DNA of 32,000 nucleotides from Dickeya solani IPO 2222 (GTDB lineage Bacteria; Pseudomonadota; Gammaproteobacteria; Enterobacterales; Enterobacteriaceae): NCBI RefSeq assembly GCF_001644705.1, contig NZ_CP015137.1, positions 3,930,001 to 3,962,000 of the forward strand, read 5' to 3'. Shown piece by piece: positions 7,249 to 16,400 of this stretch (position 1 is its first letter; each line of letters starts with the position of its first letter). The notes under the pieces were generated by a model. It saw only the letters and a program-made list of their open reading frames with translations, ran no database searches and was not told where the DNA came from. The position numbers and the translations under genes were made by a program.

Positions 7249-9378
7249 ATGGAAACGACGCTGATTCGTCTCGCCAGTCCGGCGACGGATGTGATTGTGC
7301 GCTGCTGGCCGGCGGCGGAAATACTGTACTGGGGGCCGCATCTGGCGGCGTTTTCGCCGCAGGATGCGGACAGCCTGTCGCGGCCGGTGGCGAACGGCCG
7401 GCTGGATGTGGACGTGCCGGTGACGCTGGCGGCGGAAACCGGACGCGGGCTGTTCGGCTCGCCGGGCATTGAGGGGCATCGCAACGGTCTCGATGCCTTT
7501 GCGGTGCTGACCACCGTCGCGGTGCGTCAGCCGGACCCGCAGCAACTGGTCATCGAGGCGGAAGACCGTCAGGCTGGTCTGCGCCTGACCACCGAATTAC
7601 GGCTGCACGCCGACAGCGGGGTGCTGCAACTGCGTCATTGTCTGACCAATCTGCATCCGGGCGACTGGCACGTGCAGCGGCTGGCGGTAACGCTGCCGCT
7701 GCCGGAGTCGGCGACGGAGGTGATGGCGTTTCATGGTCGCTGGGTGCGGGAGTTTCAGCCGCATCGCACGCTGCTGTCGCACGGCAGTCTGGTGCAGGAA
7801 AACCGCCGCGGTCGCACGTCGCACGAATATTTTCCGGCGATGATCAGCGGCGAACCGGGATTTGCCGAGCAGCACGGTCAGGTGTGGGGCGCGCACCTCG
7901 GCTGGAGCGGCAACCATCGGTTGCGCACGGAGGTGAAGACCGACGGCCGGCGGCTGTTGCAGGCGGAGGCGCTCTACCTGCCCGGCGAAATCGCGCTGGC
8001 GCAGGGGGAGTCGCTGACCACGCCGTGGCTGTACGCCGCCTGTTCTGAACAGGGGCTGAACGGCATGAGCCAGCAGTTTCACCGGTTTCTGCGTCAGGAG
8101 ATTATCCGTTTTCCGCGTGCCAAGGCGCGCCCGGTTCACCTCAATACCTGGGAAGGCATCTACTTTAAGCATGACCCGGACTACATCATGCAGATGGCGA
8201 GCCAGGCGGCGGCGCTGGGCGTCGAGCGTTTTATTATCGACGATGGCTGGTTTCGCGGCCGCGACCATGACCGCGCCGCGCTGGGCGACTGGTATGTGGA
8301 CCCGCGCAAGTACCCGCAGGGGCTGATGCCGGTGATAAACCATGTACGGGAACTGGGCATGGAGTTTGGCATCTGGGTGGAGCCGGAGATGGTCAACCCA
8401 GATTCCGATCTCTGTCGCGCTCACCCGGACTGGCTGCTGGCGCTGCCCGGCTACGACCAGCCGACCGGCCGCTACCAATACGTACTCGACCTGTCTAACC
8501 CCGAGGTGTTCGATTATCTGCTGGCGCGCCTGAGCTGGCTGTTGGGCGAGCATCCCATCGATTACGTGAAATGGGACATGAACCGGGAACTGGTGCAGCC
8601 GGCCCATCAGGGGCGAGCGGCGGCCGACCGCCAGACGCAGGCGTTTTACCGCCTGCTCGATGTGCTGGGCGAACGTTTCCCGCAGGTGGAGTTTGAATCC
8701 TGCGCGTCCGGCGGCGGGCGTATCGATTATGAAGTGCTACGGCGTTGCCACCGTTTCTGGGCGTCCGACAACAACGACGCGCTGGAGCGGCAGACGATTC
8801 AACGTGGCATGAGCTACTTCTTTCCGCCCGAAGTGATGGGCGCGCACATCGGCCATCATCGCTGTCACGCCACCGGGCGCCAGCACAGTATTGCTTTTCG
8901 CGGGTTGACGGCGCTGTTCGGTCATATGGGCATCGAGCTGGACCCGGTGCGAGCCGATGCGCAGGAGCAGGCCGGTTTTCGCCATTACGTGGCGTTGCAT
9001 CGGCGTTACCGCGCACTGTTGCACACCGGCTGCCTGTGGCGGGTCGACATGCCGGACGCCACCACCCAGGTGCAAGGGGTTATCAGCGCCGATCGGGGTC
9101 AGGCGTTGTTTCTAGTGGCGCAACTGGCGATGCCGGATTATGCGCTGGCCGGGGTGCTGCGTTTCCCCGGTCTGGAGCCGCAGGCCCGTTACCGGCTGAC
9201 CGTCGTGGATCATCCCGACCTGAAGCCGGTCATCGACGGCGGCAGCACCATGCGCCAATTGCCGGCATGGATGGCGGCATCGGCTGAATACCACGGCGAA
9301 TGGCTGATGAAAGCCGGGCTGCGCCTGCCGATCCTCAATCCGGAAACGGCGCTGCTGTTGGCGTTAGAACGTCTGTAA
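7249..9378 (+). CDS. rafA: Alpha-galactosidase, GH36 family (raffinose/melibiose hydrolysis)
   Basis: The ORF 7243..9378 has a second ATG at 7249, placed 6 nt after AGGAGG (7237-7242), so 7249 is preferred. The product is about 709 aa, the size of RafA. GH36-like core motifs are present: WEGIYFKHD, FIIDDGWF, KWDMNR and SCASGGGR. The gene sits between rafR and rafB. Confidence 0.9.
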   Translation: METTLIRLASPATDVIVRCWPAAEILYWGPHLAAFSPQDADSLSRPVANGRLDVDVPVTLAAETGRGLFGSPGIEGHRNGLDAFAVLTTVAVRQPDPQQLVIEAEDRQAGLRLTTELRLHADSGVLQLRHCLTNLHPGDWHVQRLAVTLPLPESATEVMAFHGRWVREFQPHRTLLSHGSLVQENRRGRTSHEYFPAMISGEPGFAEQHGQVWGAHLGWSGNHRLRTEVKTDGRRLLQAEALYLPGEIALAQGESLTTPWLYAACSEQGLNGMSQQFHRFLRQEIIRFPRAKARPVHLNTWEGIYFKHDPDYIMQMASQAAALGVERFIIDDGWFRGRDHDRAALGDWYVDPRKYPQGLMPVINHVRELGMEFGIWVEPEMVNPDSDLCRAHPDWLLALPGYDQPTGRYQYVLDLSNPEVFDYLLARLSWLLGEHPIDYVKWDMNRELVQPAHQGRAAADRQTQAFYRLLDVLGERFPQVEFESCASGGGRIDYEVLRRCHRFWASDNNDALERQTIQRGMSYFFPPEVMGAHIGHHRCHATGRQHSIAFRGLTALFGHMGIELDPVRADAQEQAGFRHYVALHRRYRALLHTGCLWRVDMPDATTQVQGVISADRGQALFLVAQLAMPDYALAGVLRFPGLEPQARYRLTVVDHPDLKPVIDGGSTMRQLPAWMAASAEYHGEWLMKAGLRLPILNPETALLLALERL

Positions 9379-9384
9379 TACGGC

Positions 9385-9404
9385 GGGAGAGCGCGAGCTC
9401 TCCC
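9385..9404 (+). other. Intercistronic rafA-rafB RNA hairpin (8-bp GC-rich stem, GCGA tetraloop, no U-tract)
   Basis: gggagagc gcga gctctccc, read directly from the sequence, 7 nt after the rafA stop. This is probably an mRNA-processing or stability element rather than a terminator. Confidence 0.4.
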
Positions 9405-9431
9405 CAGTCTGGACCCTCTGAGGATAATAAT

Positions 9432-10712
9432 ATGGACATCAGCCCTGCGACCCCACGCACCAGCACTCACAAACCCAACCGTAATTTCTGGATTTTCGGC
9501 CTGTTTTTCTTTCTGTACTTCTTCATTATGGCGACCTGCTTTCCGTTTCTGCCGGTCTGGCTGGCGGAGGTGATCGGCCTGAACAAAACCCAGACCGGGG
9601 TGGTATTTTCCGCGATCTCGCTGTTCGCCATTCTGTTTCAACCGCTGATGGGCGTAGTGTCGGACCGGCTGGGGTTGAAAAAACACCTGCTGTGGGTGAT
9701 CACCGTCTTGCTGTTTTTGTTCGCGCCGTTCTTTCTGTATGTGTTTGCGCCGCTGCTCCGGGTCAATAGCTTACTGGGGGCGATGGCGGGCGGCGTGTAT
9801 ATCGGGCTGGTGTTTTCCGCCGGTTCCGGCGCGGTGGAAGCCTACATTGAGCGCGTCAGCCGCCAGAGCGGTTTCGAGTATGGCAAGGCGCGCATGTTCG
9901 GTTGCCTCGGCTGGGGGCTCTGTGCATCAACCGCGGGCATGTTGTTTAACGTTAACCCGGCGCTGGTGTTCTGGATGGGGTCCGGCGCGGCGGTGATCCT
10001 GCTGGTGTTGCTGCTGATAGCCCGTCCCGAACCTCACCCGACGGTACTGGTGATGGACGCGCTAGGCGCCAATCAACCGCAGGTGACGCTGAAAATGGCG
10101 ACCCGGGTATTCGGCGATCGCAAACTGTGGATGTTTGTGTTGTACGTGGTGGGCGTGGCCTGCGTGTATGACGTGTTCGACCAGCAGTTCGCCAACTTCT
10201 TCAAATCGTTTTTCGCCACGCCGCAGCAGGGCAATCAGGTGTTTGGTTTTGCCACCACGCTGGGTGAACTGGCTAATGCCGTCATCATGTTCTGCTCGCC
10301 GTGGATCATCAATCGCATCGGCGCCAAAAACACGCTATTGGTGGCGGGGGCAATCATGACGGTGCGGATTGTCGGGTCGGCGTTCGCCACCACGGCGGTG
10401 GAAGTGGTGGCGCTGAAAATGCTGCATGCGCTGGAGGTGCCGTTCCTGCTGGTGGGCGCGTTCAAGTACATCACCACCACCTTCGACACCCGGCTGTCCG
10501 CCACCATCTACCTGATTGGCTTTCAATTCGCCAAACAGTCGGCGGCGATCTTTCTGTCGGCGATGGCGGGAAATCTGTATGACCGCATCGGTTTTCAGCA
10601 CACCTATCTGATCCTCGGCGCTATCGTCCTGACGGTGACGATTATCTCCCTCTTCACGCTATCCGGCACGCGCGCCAACGCGCAACCGGCGTACCGCACC
10701 ACGCTGTCCTGA
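9432..10712 (+). CDS. rafB: Raffinose/oligosaccharide:H+ symporter (LacY/RafB family, MFS)
   Basis: The track ORF 9300..10712 overlaps rafA. The start is moved to ATG 9432, with GAGGA 7 nt upstream. The product begins MDISPATPRTSTHKPNRNFWIFGLFFFLYFFIMATCFPFLPVWL, is 426 aa, and has a 12-TM profile. Confidence 0.9.
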   Translation: MDISPATPRTSTHKPNRNFWIFGLFFFLYFFIMATCFPFLPVWLAEVIGLNKTQTGVVFSAISLFAILFQPLMGVVSDRLGLKKHLLWVITVLLFLFAPFFLYVFAPLLRVNSLLGAMAGGVYIGLVFSAGSGAVEAYIERVSRQSGFEYGKARMFGCLGWGLCASTAGMLFNVNPALVFWMGSGAAVILLVLLLIARPEPHPTVLVMDALGANQPQVTLKMATRVFGDRKLWMFVLYVVGVACVYDVFDQQFANFFKSFFATPQQGNQVFGFATTLGELANAVIMFCSPWIINRIGAKNTLLVAGAIMTVRIVGSAFATTAVEVVALKMLHALEVPFLLVGAFKYITTTFDTRLSATIYLIGFQFAKQSAAIFLSAMAGNLYDRIGFQHTYLILGAIVLTVTIISLFTLSGTRANAQPAYRTTLS

Positions 10713-10737
10713 CTGAGCTGAGAGATCGGGTATAAGG

Positions 10738-10769
10738 GGACAAGGTTGGCCCGCAGGCCGACCTTGTCC
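10738..10769. terminator. Strong hairpin between convergent rafB and the C1 peptidase gene (candidate bidirectional terminator)
   Basis: ggacaaggttggcc cgca ggccgaccttgtcc forms a 14-bp stem with one G-U pair. There is no clear U-tract on either side, so terminator activity is inferred only from position. Confidence 0.45.
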
Positions 10770-10832
10770 GTGCCGTCATGTTGGGGCGGCTCAGCGACAT
10801 GAATCATGGCGGGACATCGCCTGAGCGGACGC

Positions 10833-11639
10833 TTAGTTCTTAACCGTATTGATGGTCCAGATATCATGCGATAGCCGGCGATCCAGCAGGTAGGCGTACG
10901 GTATGTAGAAATTGCCGTTTTCACCCACGCTTTTTCCCCACGAGTTACGGAATTTGAACAATTGGGTGGCGTTGTCATACCCGATGCACAGCACGGCATG
11001 GCCGCCTTCCGGTTTGTCCTTGCCGGAGGGCAACGGCACCACAACCGGCAGGTTTTGCAGATCGACCCAACTGGAATACACCGTAAAGCCGAAGACAAAC
11101 GGAAAGCCGCAGGCCAGACAGCCCTGCAGGTGCGCCAGATCTTGATACAGCCGCTGATAGTTGGTGATGGTGTATTTCAACGCATCCTGATAGCACCGTG
11201 CCGGCGGTTTGGTGGCCGCCGGCGCACCGGGTGGAAATTCACCGCCTTCCTCCTGAGGCGGGGTTGCCACGTAGGGCCACTCATCTTCCGGGCATACCCC
11301 GAGTTTGTGCAGGGTTTTGATGCCGTCGCGCAGCATGGCGCCGGAGTCGTGTTTGACATCCCCCTCGATGGTGCGCTCGTTGTAGTAGATAAACAGCCGT
11401 GAAGGCTGAAAATTCGGCCTTTCGCCGATTTTCAGCCGGCTGAACTCTACGGCGCCCGCCAGCGCGTTGGCGGTGCAGGAGCCGATGGGGCCCTGATCGT
11501 ACACGTCAAAGGTTGGGGTCAGGTCCACTTTGGCCGGCAGCACTTTCAGTACGCTCGGGTCCGGCGTGTAGTGATGATCGCGAATATCCGGAAGATCAGG
11601 AATATAGCCCAGCAAGGATTTGCGTCTTCTGGTGAGCAT
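10833..11639 (-). CDS. Papain-family (C1A) cysteine peptidase, no signal peptide and no prodomain
   Basis: All catalytic elements are present: Q-x5-C (YDQGPIGSCTANALAG), His (PEGGHAVLCIGYD), and Asn/Trp (FKFRNSWGKSVGENGNFYIPY). The ORF is open up to 11810. ATG 11639 (MLTRRRKSLLGYIPDLPDIRDHHY) is preceded by AGGAGG 9 nt upstream, so the 268-aa form is preferred. Confidence 0.85.
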   Translation of the reverse strand: MLTRRRKSLLGYIPDLPDIRDHHYTPDPSVLKVLPAKVDLTPTFDVYDQGPIGSCTANALAGAVEFSRLKIGERPNFQPSRLFIYYNERTIEGDVKHDSGAMLRDGIKTLHKLGVCPEDEWPYVATPPQEEGGEFPPGAPAATKPPARCYQDALKYTITNYQRLYQDLAHLQGCLACGFPFVFGFTVYSSWVDLQNLPVVVPLPSGKDKPEGGHAVLCIGYDNATQLFKFRNSWGKSVGENGNFYIPYAYLLDRRLSHDIWTINTVKN

Positions 11640-12134
11640 GGTTATCAGCCTCCTGGTGATAGGGTTCCGGTCTATTGTTGACGATGTGGTTGATTCAGCC
11701 ATCGGAATGGGTTTAGAGATCATGACCGGCTGATAACCGTCTGTTGCAGGATATGACCCCAGAACATTCGGCATCGGCCGCCAGTACCGTTCGCCTGCCG
11801 CTGACGGCACAAAATGCGGTTTACGCCGGTAACACCGTGGTTTGTTTCGTTACATCCCGCTGAATGCGCCCCGGCAGGCTCACTACTGTGCGGTGATCCA
11901 TCCCTGACGCCGGATTGGGCGGTGAGCGCGGCGCGATAAGATTCTCGGGATAAACGGCGTATGGAAGGTGACGCCGGGGGCCTGCGCCGATTACGATAAG
12001 CCGTTGTCGGGCGGGCGGTATTGCGCAGTGGGTAGTCAGCGCAGCGGGGCTGTTTGTGAGCCGCCGCGGCGTCGGGAGACGCATTTTCTATTCTTTAGGG
12101 AATACGGATCGTTAGGGGAGTACAGAGGAACAAT

Positions 12135-13466
12135 ATGCCAGCACCCATCAGATATGTGCAGGACAGCAGCCAGTTGCCGGAACAGGCGGACGTGGTGGTG
12201 ATTGGCGCCGGGATTGCCGGCGCGGCGGCAGCGTATGAGCTGGCGAAAAAAGGCGTCAGCGTGTTGTTGCTGGAGAAAGGGCTGGTTGGCGGCGAACAAT
12301 CCAGCCGCAACTGGGGATGGTGTCGGCAGCAGAACCGCGATGAACGCGAACTGCCGCTGATTATCTATGCACTACGTCGTTGGGATGAACTGCAACAGGA
12401 AACCGGCGAAGAACTGGGGTTCCGCCGCTCCGGCCTGCTGTACACCACGCAGGATCAGGCGGAAATCGACGCCTGGGATAACTGGGGCAAGATGGCGAAA
12501 GCCTACGGTGTGCGCAGCGACATTCTCAATGCCGAACAGGCCAAAGCGATGACGCCGGGCAGCACCACGGCGTGGCTGGGCGGGGTGTCGTCGCCTACAG
12601 ACGGCCATGCCGAACCGGCGCTGGCCAGCGCCGGACTGGCGATCGCCGCCCAGCGTCTCGGCGCCAGCGTGATCCAGCAATGCGCGGTGCGCGGGCTGGA
12701 CATCAGCGGCGGGCGGGTCAGCGGGGTATGGACCGAACGCGGACGGGTGAAAACCTCCATGGTGATTTGCGCCGGCGGCGTCTGGAGCTCGCTGTTTTGC
12801 CGGCGTCACGGCATCGAACTGCCGCTGGGTAACGTGATCGGCACCGCGTTTCGCACTGCGCCGATCGAACAGGCGATCGGCCTGCCGTTTTACACCGCCG
12901 CGTTTGCCTGTCGCCCGCAGTTGGACGGCAGCTATACGGTGTCGGTGTCCGGGCGCGGCCGACTGGAGCCGGGTTTTCAGAGCCTGCGTTACGCCCGCCA
13001 GTTTTATCCCACGTTTCGCGCCCGGCGTAAAAACCTGTCGTTCCGACCGGGCATCAAACCGTTCCTGTGCGGACCGGAAGCGCGGGCGAGCTGGGCGTTT
13101 GACGGCCTGTCGCCGTTCGAGAAAACCCGCATTCTCGACCCGGCGGCGGACATGGCGATGGTGAGCGAAGGGCTGGCGGCGATGCGGCGTGAATATCCGG
13201 CGCTGGTCAATGTCCGCGCGGTGCAGGCGTGGGGCGGCATGATCGACAGCACGCCGGACGCTATTCCGGTGATTTCGCCGGTGGAGAGCCTGCCGGGGCT
13301 GGTGGTGTCCGCCGGGTATAGCGGCCACGGTTTCGGTATCGGGCCGGGCGCCGGGCGACTGGCGGCGGACCTGGTGACCGGCGATACGCCGGTGGTGGAC
13401 CCGACGCCGTACCGCTATGCGCGGCTGGTGGATGGTTCCGGGCTGAAAGCGCCGGGCATGATGTGA
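12135..13466 (+). CDS. FAD-dependent oxidoreductase (DAO / amine or amino-acid oxidase-dehydrogenase family)
   Basis: 443 aa. The dinucleotide-binding motif is ADVVVIGAGIAGAAAAYELAKKGVSVLLLEKG. The C-terminal motif GYSGHGFGIGPGAGRLAADLVTGD is typical of the DAO family. AGAGGA lies 5 nt upstream of the ATG. Confidence 0.85.
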   Translation: MPAPIRYVQDSSQLPEQADVVVIGAGIAGAAAAYELAKKGVSVLLLEKGLVGGEQSSRNWGWCRQQNRDERELPLIIYALRRWDELQQETGEELGFRRSGLLYTTQDQAEIDAWDNWGKMAKAYGVRSDILNAEQAKAMTPGSTTAWLGGVSSPTDGHAEPALASAGLAIAAQRLGASVIQQCAVRGLDISGGRVSGVWTERGRVKTSMVICAGGVWSSLFCRRHGIELPLGNVIGTAFRTAPIEQAIGLPFYTAAFACRPQLDGSYTVSVSGRGRLEPGFQSLRYARQFYPTFRARRKNLSFRPGIKPFLCGPEARASWAFDGLSPFEKTRILDPAADMAMVSEGLAAMRREYPALVNVRAVQAWGGMIDSTPDAIPVISPVESLPGLVVSAGYSGHGFGIGPGAGRLAADLVTGDTPVVDPTPYRYARLVDGSGLKAPGMM

Positions 13467-13475
13467 GGACAGGAC

Positions 13476-14324
13476 ATGACGATAACGTTACGCGCCATGA
13501 CGGCAGCGGATGCCGACTACGGCTGGTCGCTGACCCAACAGATGAACTGGCCGCACCGGCTGGAGGACTGGCAGGATGCCCTGCTGCTGGGTGAAGGGCT
13601 GGTGGCGGAAGATCAGGGACAACCGGTAGGCACCGCGCTGTGCTGGCGCTGGGGCGAGCGCTGGGCCACCATCGGCCTGGTGGTGGTGGACGGTCAGCAA
13701 CAAGGGCGCGGTATCGGCCGGTCGCTGATGGAGGGGCTATTGGCCGGTCTCGACGGTTATCAGGTGCGGCTGCACGCCACGGCGGCCGGGCAGGGGCTGT
13801 ATGCCCGGCTGGGGTTTACGCCGGTGGGCGAAATCCATCAGTACCAGTGCCCGCAGTTGCCGTCGATCGGCGCGCCCAGGTTGACCCCCGATCAACGGTT
13901 GCGCGCCGCCACGCTGGATGACGCGTCACACCTGACGGCGCTGGACCAGCAGGCGCACGGGCTGGCGCGTCCGGCGTTGATCGCCTGGCTGCTGCGTCAG
14001 TCGGAGCCGGTGCGGGTGCTGGAACAGCACGGTCGCACTGCCGGGTTTGCCGCGCTGCGCCGCTTCGGGCGCGGTTATTCCATCGGCCCGGTGATTGCCG
14101 ACAGCGCGGATAACGCCCGTTTGTTGATCGGCGCGCTGATGGCCGAGGTCGGCGGCGAATTCGTGCGTATCGACAGCGATGCCGCGCTCGGGTTGGGAAG
14201 CTGGCTGGCCGACTGCGGGCTGCAACAGGTGGACGCGCCGGTCACCATGATCCGCGGCGTACCGTGGCAACCGGAGGCGGGCGGTATGCGTGCCTGGGCG
14301 TTGATGACGCAGGCGATGGCGTAA
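13476..14324 (+). CDS. GNAT-family N-acetyltransferase with an additional C-terminal domain
   Basis: 282 aa. The acetyl-CoA motif A is VVVDGQQQGRGIGRSLMEGLL. About 130 extra residues follow the GNAT core. The start lies 9 bp after the preceding stop, with GAGGA upstream. Confidence 0.8.
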   Translation: MTITLRAMTAADADYGWSLTQQMNWPHRLEDWQDALLLGEGLVAEDQGQPVGTALCWRWGERWATIGLVVVDGQQQGRGIGRSLMEGLLAGLDGYQVRLHATAAGQGLYARLGFTPVGEIHQYQCPQLPSIGAPRLTPDQRLRAATLDDASHLTALDQQAHGLARPALIAWLLRQSEPVRVLEQHGRTAGFAALRRFGRGYSIGPVIADSADNARLLIGALMAEVGGEFVRIDSDAALGLGSWLADCGLQQVDAPVTMIRGVPWQPEAGGMRAWALMTQAMA

Positions 14325-15250
14325 TGAACATTCTGTATAAATCGCTAGCGGAACGCGGGCGGCAGTGGGCGGAAATTATCGCCCGCCGTTATCCGCACGC
14401 CCGCTTCTGGCAATGGCCCGAGGTGCCGGACCCGGCGGCGGTGGAGTATCTGGTAGCGTGGGAGGCCTCGGCGGATCTGATCGCCAGCCTGCCCAATCTG
14501 AAAGCGCTATTTTCCGTCGGCGCCGGCGCCGACCAATTCGACTATACGGCGCTGCCGCCGTCGCTGCCGGTCGCACGCATGGTGGAGCCGGGCATTGTCA
14601 GCGGCATGGTGGAGTACGTCACCTTTGCGGTGTTGGGGCTGCACCGCGACATGCCGGTGTATCTGCAACAGCAGCGCGAACGGCGCTGGCAAGGGCATTC
14701 GCTGGTGCCGGCGTCTCAGCGGCGCGTCGGGGTGATGGGGCTGGGCGAACTTGGGCGGGCGGTGCTAACGCAACTGCAAACGTTGGGTTTCGCCTGTCGC
14801 GGCTGGAGCCGCACGCCGAAATCACTGCCGGGCGTGGCTTGTTTTGCCGGCGATGAGCAACGGGCGGCGTTTCTGGCCGACACCGACATTCTGGTGTGCC
14901 TGCTGCCGCTGACGCCTGCCACCCACGGCATACTCAATGCGCAACTGTTCGATCAATTACCGGCCGGCGCGGCGCTGGTGCAGGTTGGACGCGGCGCGCA
15001 GCTCAATCACGATGACTTGCTGACGGCGCTGGATAACGGCCATCTGCGGGGGGCGGTGGTGGATGTCACCGATCCGGAGCCGCTGCCGTCGGCGCATCCG
15101 TTCTGGTCGCATCCGGCGCTGTGGCTGACGCCGCACATCGCCAGCCAAACCCAGGCGGACAGCGCGGTGGATGCGCTGCTGGATAATATCGCCCGTTTCG
15201 AGCGGGGCGAGCCGATGGTCGGCGTTATCGACCGGCAACGGGGCTATTGA
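14324..15250 (+). CDS. ghrA: Glyoxylate/hydroxypyruvate reductase A-like D-2-hydroxyacid dehydrogenase
   Basis: The track ORF starts at 14264. The real start is most likely ATG 14324, within a TAATG overlap with the GNAT stop, giving MNILYKSLAERG.... The product is 308 aa and colinear with E. coli GhrA (YcdW) as I recall it. Motifs include NAD-binding GVMGLGELGRAV, the RGWSRTPKSLPGV block, the catalytic Arg/Glu/His context (VGRG, DVTDPEPLP, TPHIAS), and the C-terminal DRQRGY. Confidence 0.85.
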   Translation: MNILYKSLAERGRQWAEIIARRYPHARFWQWPEVPDPAAVEYLVAWEASADLIASLPNLKALFSVGAGADQFDYTALPPSLPVARMVEPGIVSGMVEYVTFAVLGLHRDMPVYLQQQRERRWQGHSLVPASQRRVGVMGLGELGRAVLTQLQTLGFACRGWSRTPKSLPGVACFAGDEQRAAFLADTDILVCLLPLTPATHGILNAQLFDQLPAGAALVQVGRGAQLNHDDLLTALDNGHLRGAVVDVTDPEPLPSAHPFWSHPALWLTPHIASQTQADSAVDALLDNIARFERGEPMVGVIDRQRGY

Positions 15251-15347
15251 AATATGACGGAAATCGCACCGGCCGAAAGGCAGCGTGCGTTGCCCGGCGA
15301 ACGTCTTGCCGGGCGGTCAATTGCCCCAGCCTGCGCCGGGGCATGGT

Positions 15348-16100
15348 TTATTTCCCCATCATATCGGCCAGTTGCTTTTCATCGGGCAGACCGACCACCT
15401 GTTGTAACGCGTTGTCGGCATTCATGTAGTAGATCGCCGGGGTGACGTTGGCACCCAGCTCGTCCAGCAACTGCTGGTTGTACTGTAGCTTTTTCACCAC
15501 ATTGGCCGGTGTGGCGTCCGGGAACGGCGGTACGGTTTTCCCGTTTGACAACTCAAAGTCATGCCAGGCCCGAGCGGGGTCTTTCGCGCTGAGGATCGCC
15601 GCCGCGTAGCGGCCGCTGTCCGGGCGGATAATACCGACTAGCAGGGTGCGTATCTGGACTTTGCCCGACTCCACCCAGGGTTTGGTCATGGCCCAGAATT
15701 GCTTGCAGTACGGGCAGAACGGGTCGGCGAAAACCACGATCGTGCGTGGGGCGTCGGCTTTACCTTCGGCAATCCACGGGGCGCGCTCCAGTTTTTTCCA
15801 CATTTCCCTCCCCGCCGGTAGGTAGAGGTTTTTTTCAATCACCGGTTCGCTCAGGTTATTGCCAGCCTCGTCGTACAGGTAGCCGGAGATGGCGTGCTTG
15901 CCATCCGGCGTGACGTAAATCGTGATCCCCCTATTTTGATATTCTCCCAGCCAGCCTTGCATGCCGTCCGGCGCAGGAAAGGATTTGATGATTTTGACCC
16001 CCTGCTTTTCGATGTGTTTAACGGCCGGAGGGATGGGCAGGTCAGCCTGCGCCGATGCGGCGGCAAATAGGGCGGATAACAGTAAGCAACGTTGTTTCAT
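15348..16100 (-). CDS. dsbG: Periplasmic thiol:disulfide interchange protein DsbG
   Basis: The start is moved to ATG 16100, giving the signal peptide MKQRCLLLSALFAAASAQA. The product is 250 aa. The CPYC active site lies in FADPFCPYCKQFW. The protein is colinear with E. coli DsbG (IEKQGVKIIKSF..., TPDGKHAISGYLYDE..., LGANVTPAIYYM). Confidence 0.88.
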   Translation of the reverse strand: MKQRCLLLSALFAAASAQADLPIPPAVKHIEKQGVKIIKSFPAPDGMQGWLGEYQNRGITIYVTPDGKHAISGYLYDEAGNNLSEPVIEKNLYLPAGREMWKKLERAPWIAEGKADAPRTIVVFADPFCPYCKQFWAMTKPWVESGKVQIRTLLVGIIRPDSGRYAAAILSAKDPARAWHDFELSNGKTVPPFPDATPANVVKKLQYNQQLLDELGANVTPAIYYMNADNALQQVVGLPDEKQLADMMGK

Positions 16101-16400
16101 GATGATATCTCGATAACTTTCCATACGTTGAATATCACGGTGTTTAAAAGAAAAACCGGTGCTGAGCGTTCATGGGCCTTTCCTCTGGCGGCCAGAGCCA
16201 GACGGCGGAAACTGGCGCAGACTCGCTATTATTCACGAAAGACGCAGTTTTTCAGGTGTATTCGTAATGGCGATGGGAAAAACAGGCGAGTAGACGGAAA
16301 CGTCGGCCTGACATGATAGAACAGCCTGCGGGAATGACAAAGTGCTGAAAGGTAAGGTTATGGCTGGTTTAGCGGCAGACTTCCCACGAGCCGCCGCCGG

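Noticed and set aside
7597-8607. 336-aa minus-strand ORF and several plus-strand and minus-strand ORFs overlapping rafA.
   Set aside because: They are antisense or off-frame to the GH36 alpha-galactosidase. Their composition is Arg/Gln/Pro-rich with no recognisable motifs.
11640-11900. An HrpL-dependent (hrp box) promoter and a chagasin-type inhibitor gene near the C1 peptidase.
   Set aside because: GGAACC and CCAC elements occur, but in the wrong order for the minus-strand gene. The ORFs 11821..12084 and 11968..12201 have no chagasin-like motifs and look non-coding.
12372-13328. 318-aa minus-strand ORF overlapping the FAD oxidoreductase gene.
   Set aside because: This is a shadow ORF. The plus-strand frame carries the GxGxxG FAD motif and DAO-family C-terminal motif.
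15322-15353. A hairpin tgcccc-N10-ggggca followed by tggtttattt, considered as a ghrA terminator.
   Set aside because: The stem is only 6 bp with a 10-nt loop, and the T-rich tract overlaps the 3' end of convergent dsbG. It is too weak to list as a feature.
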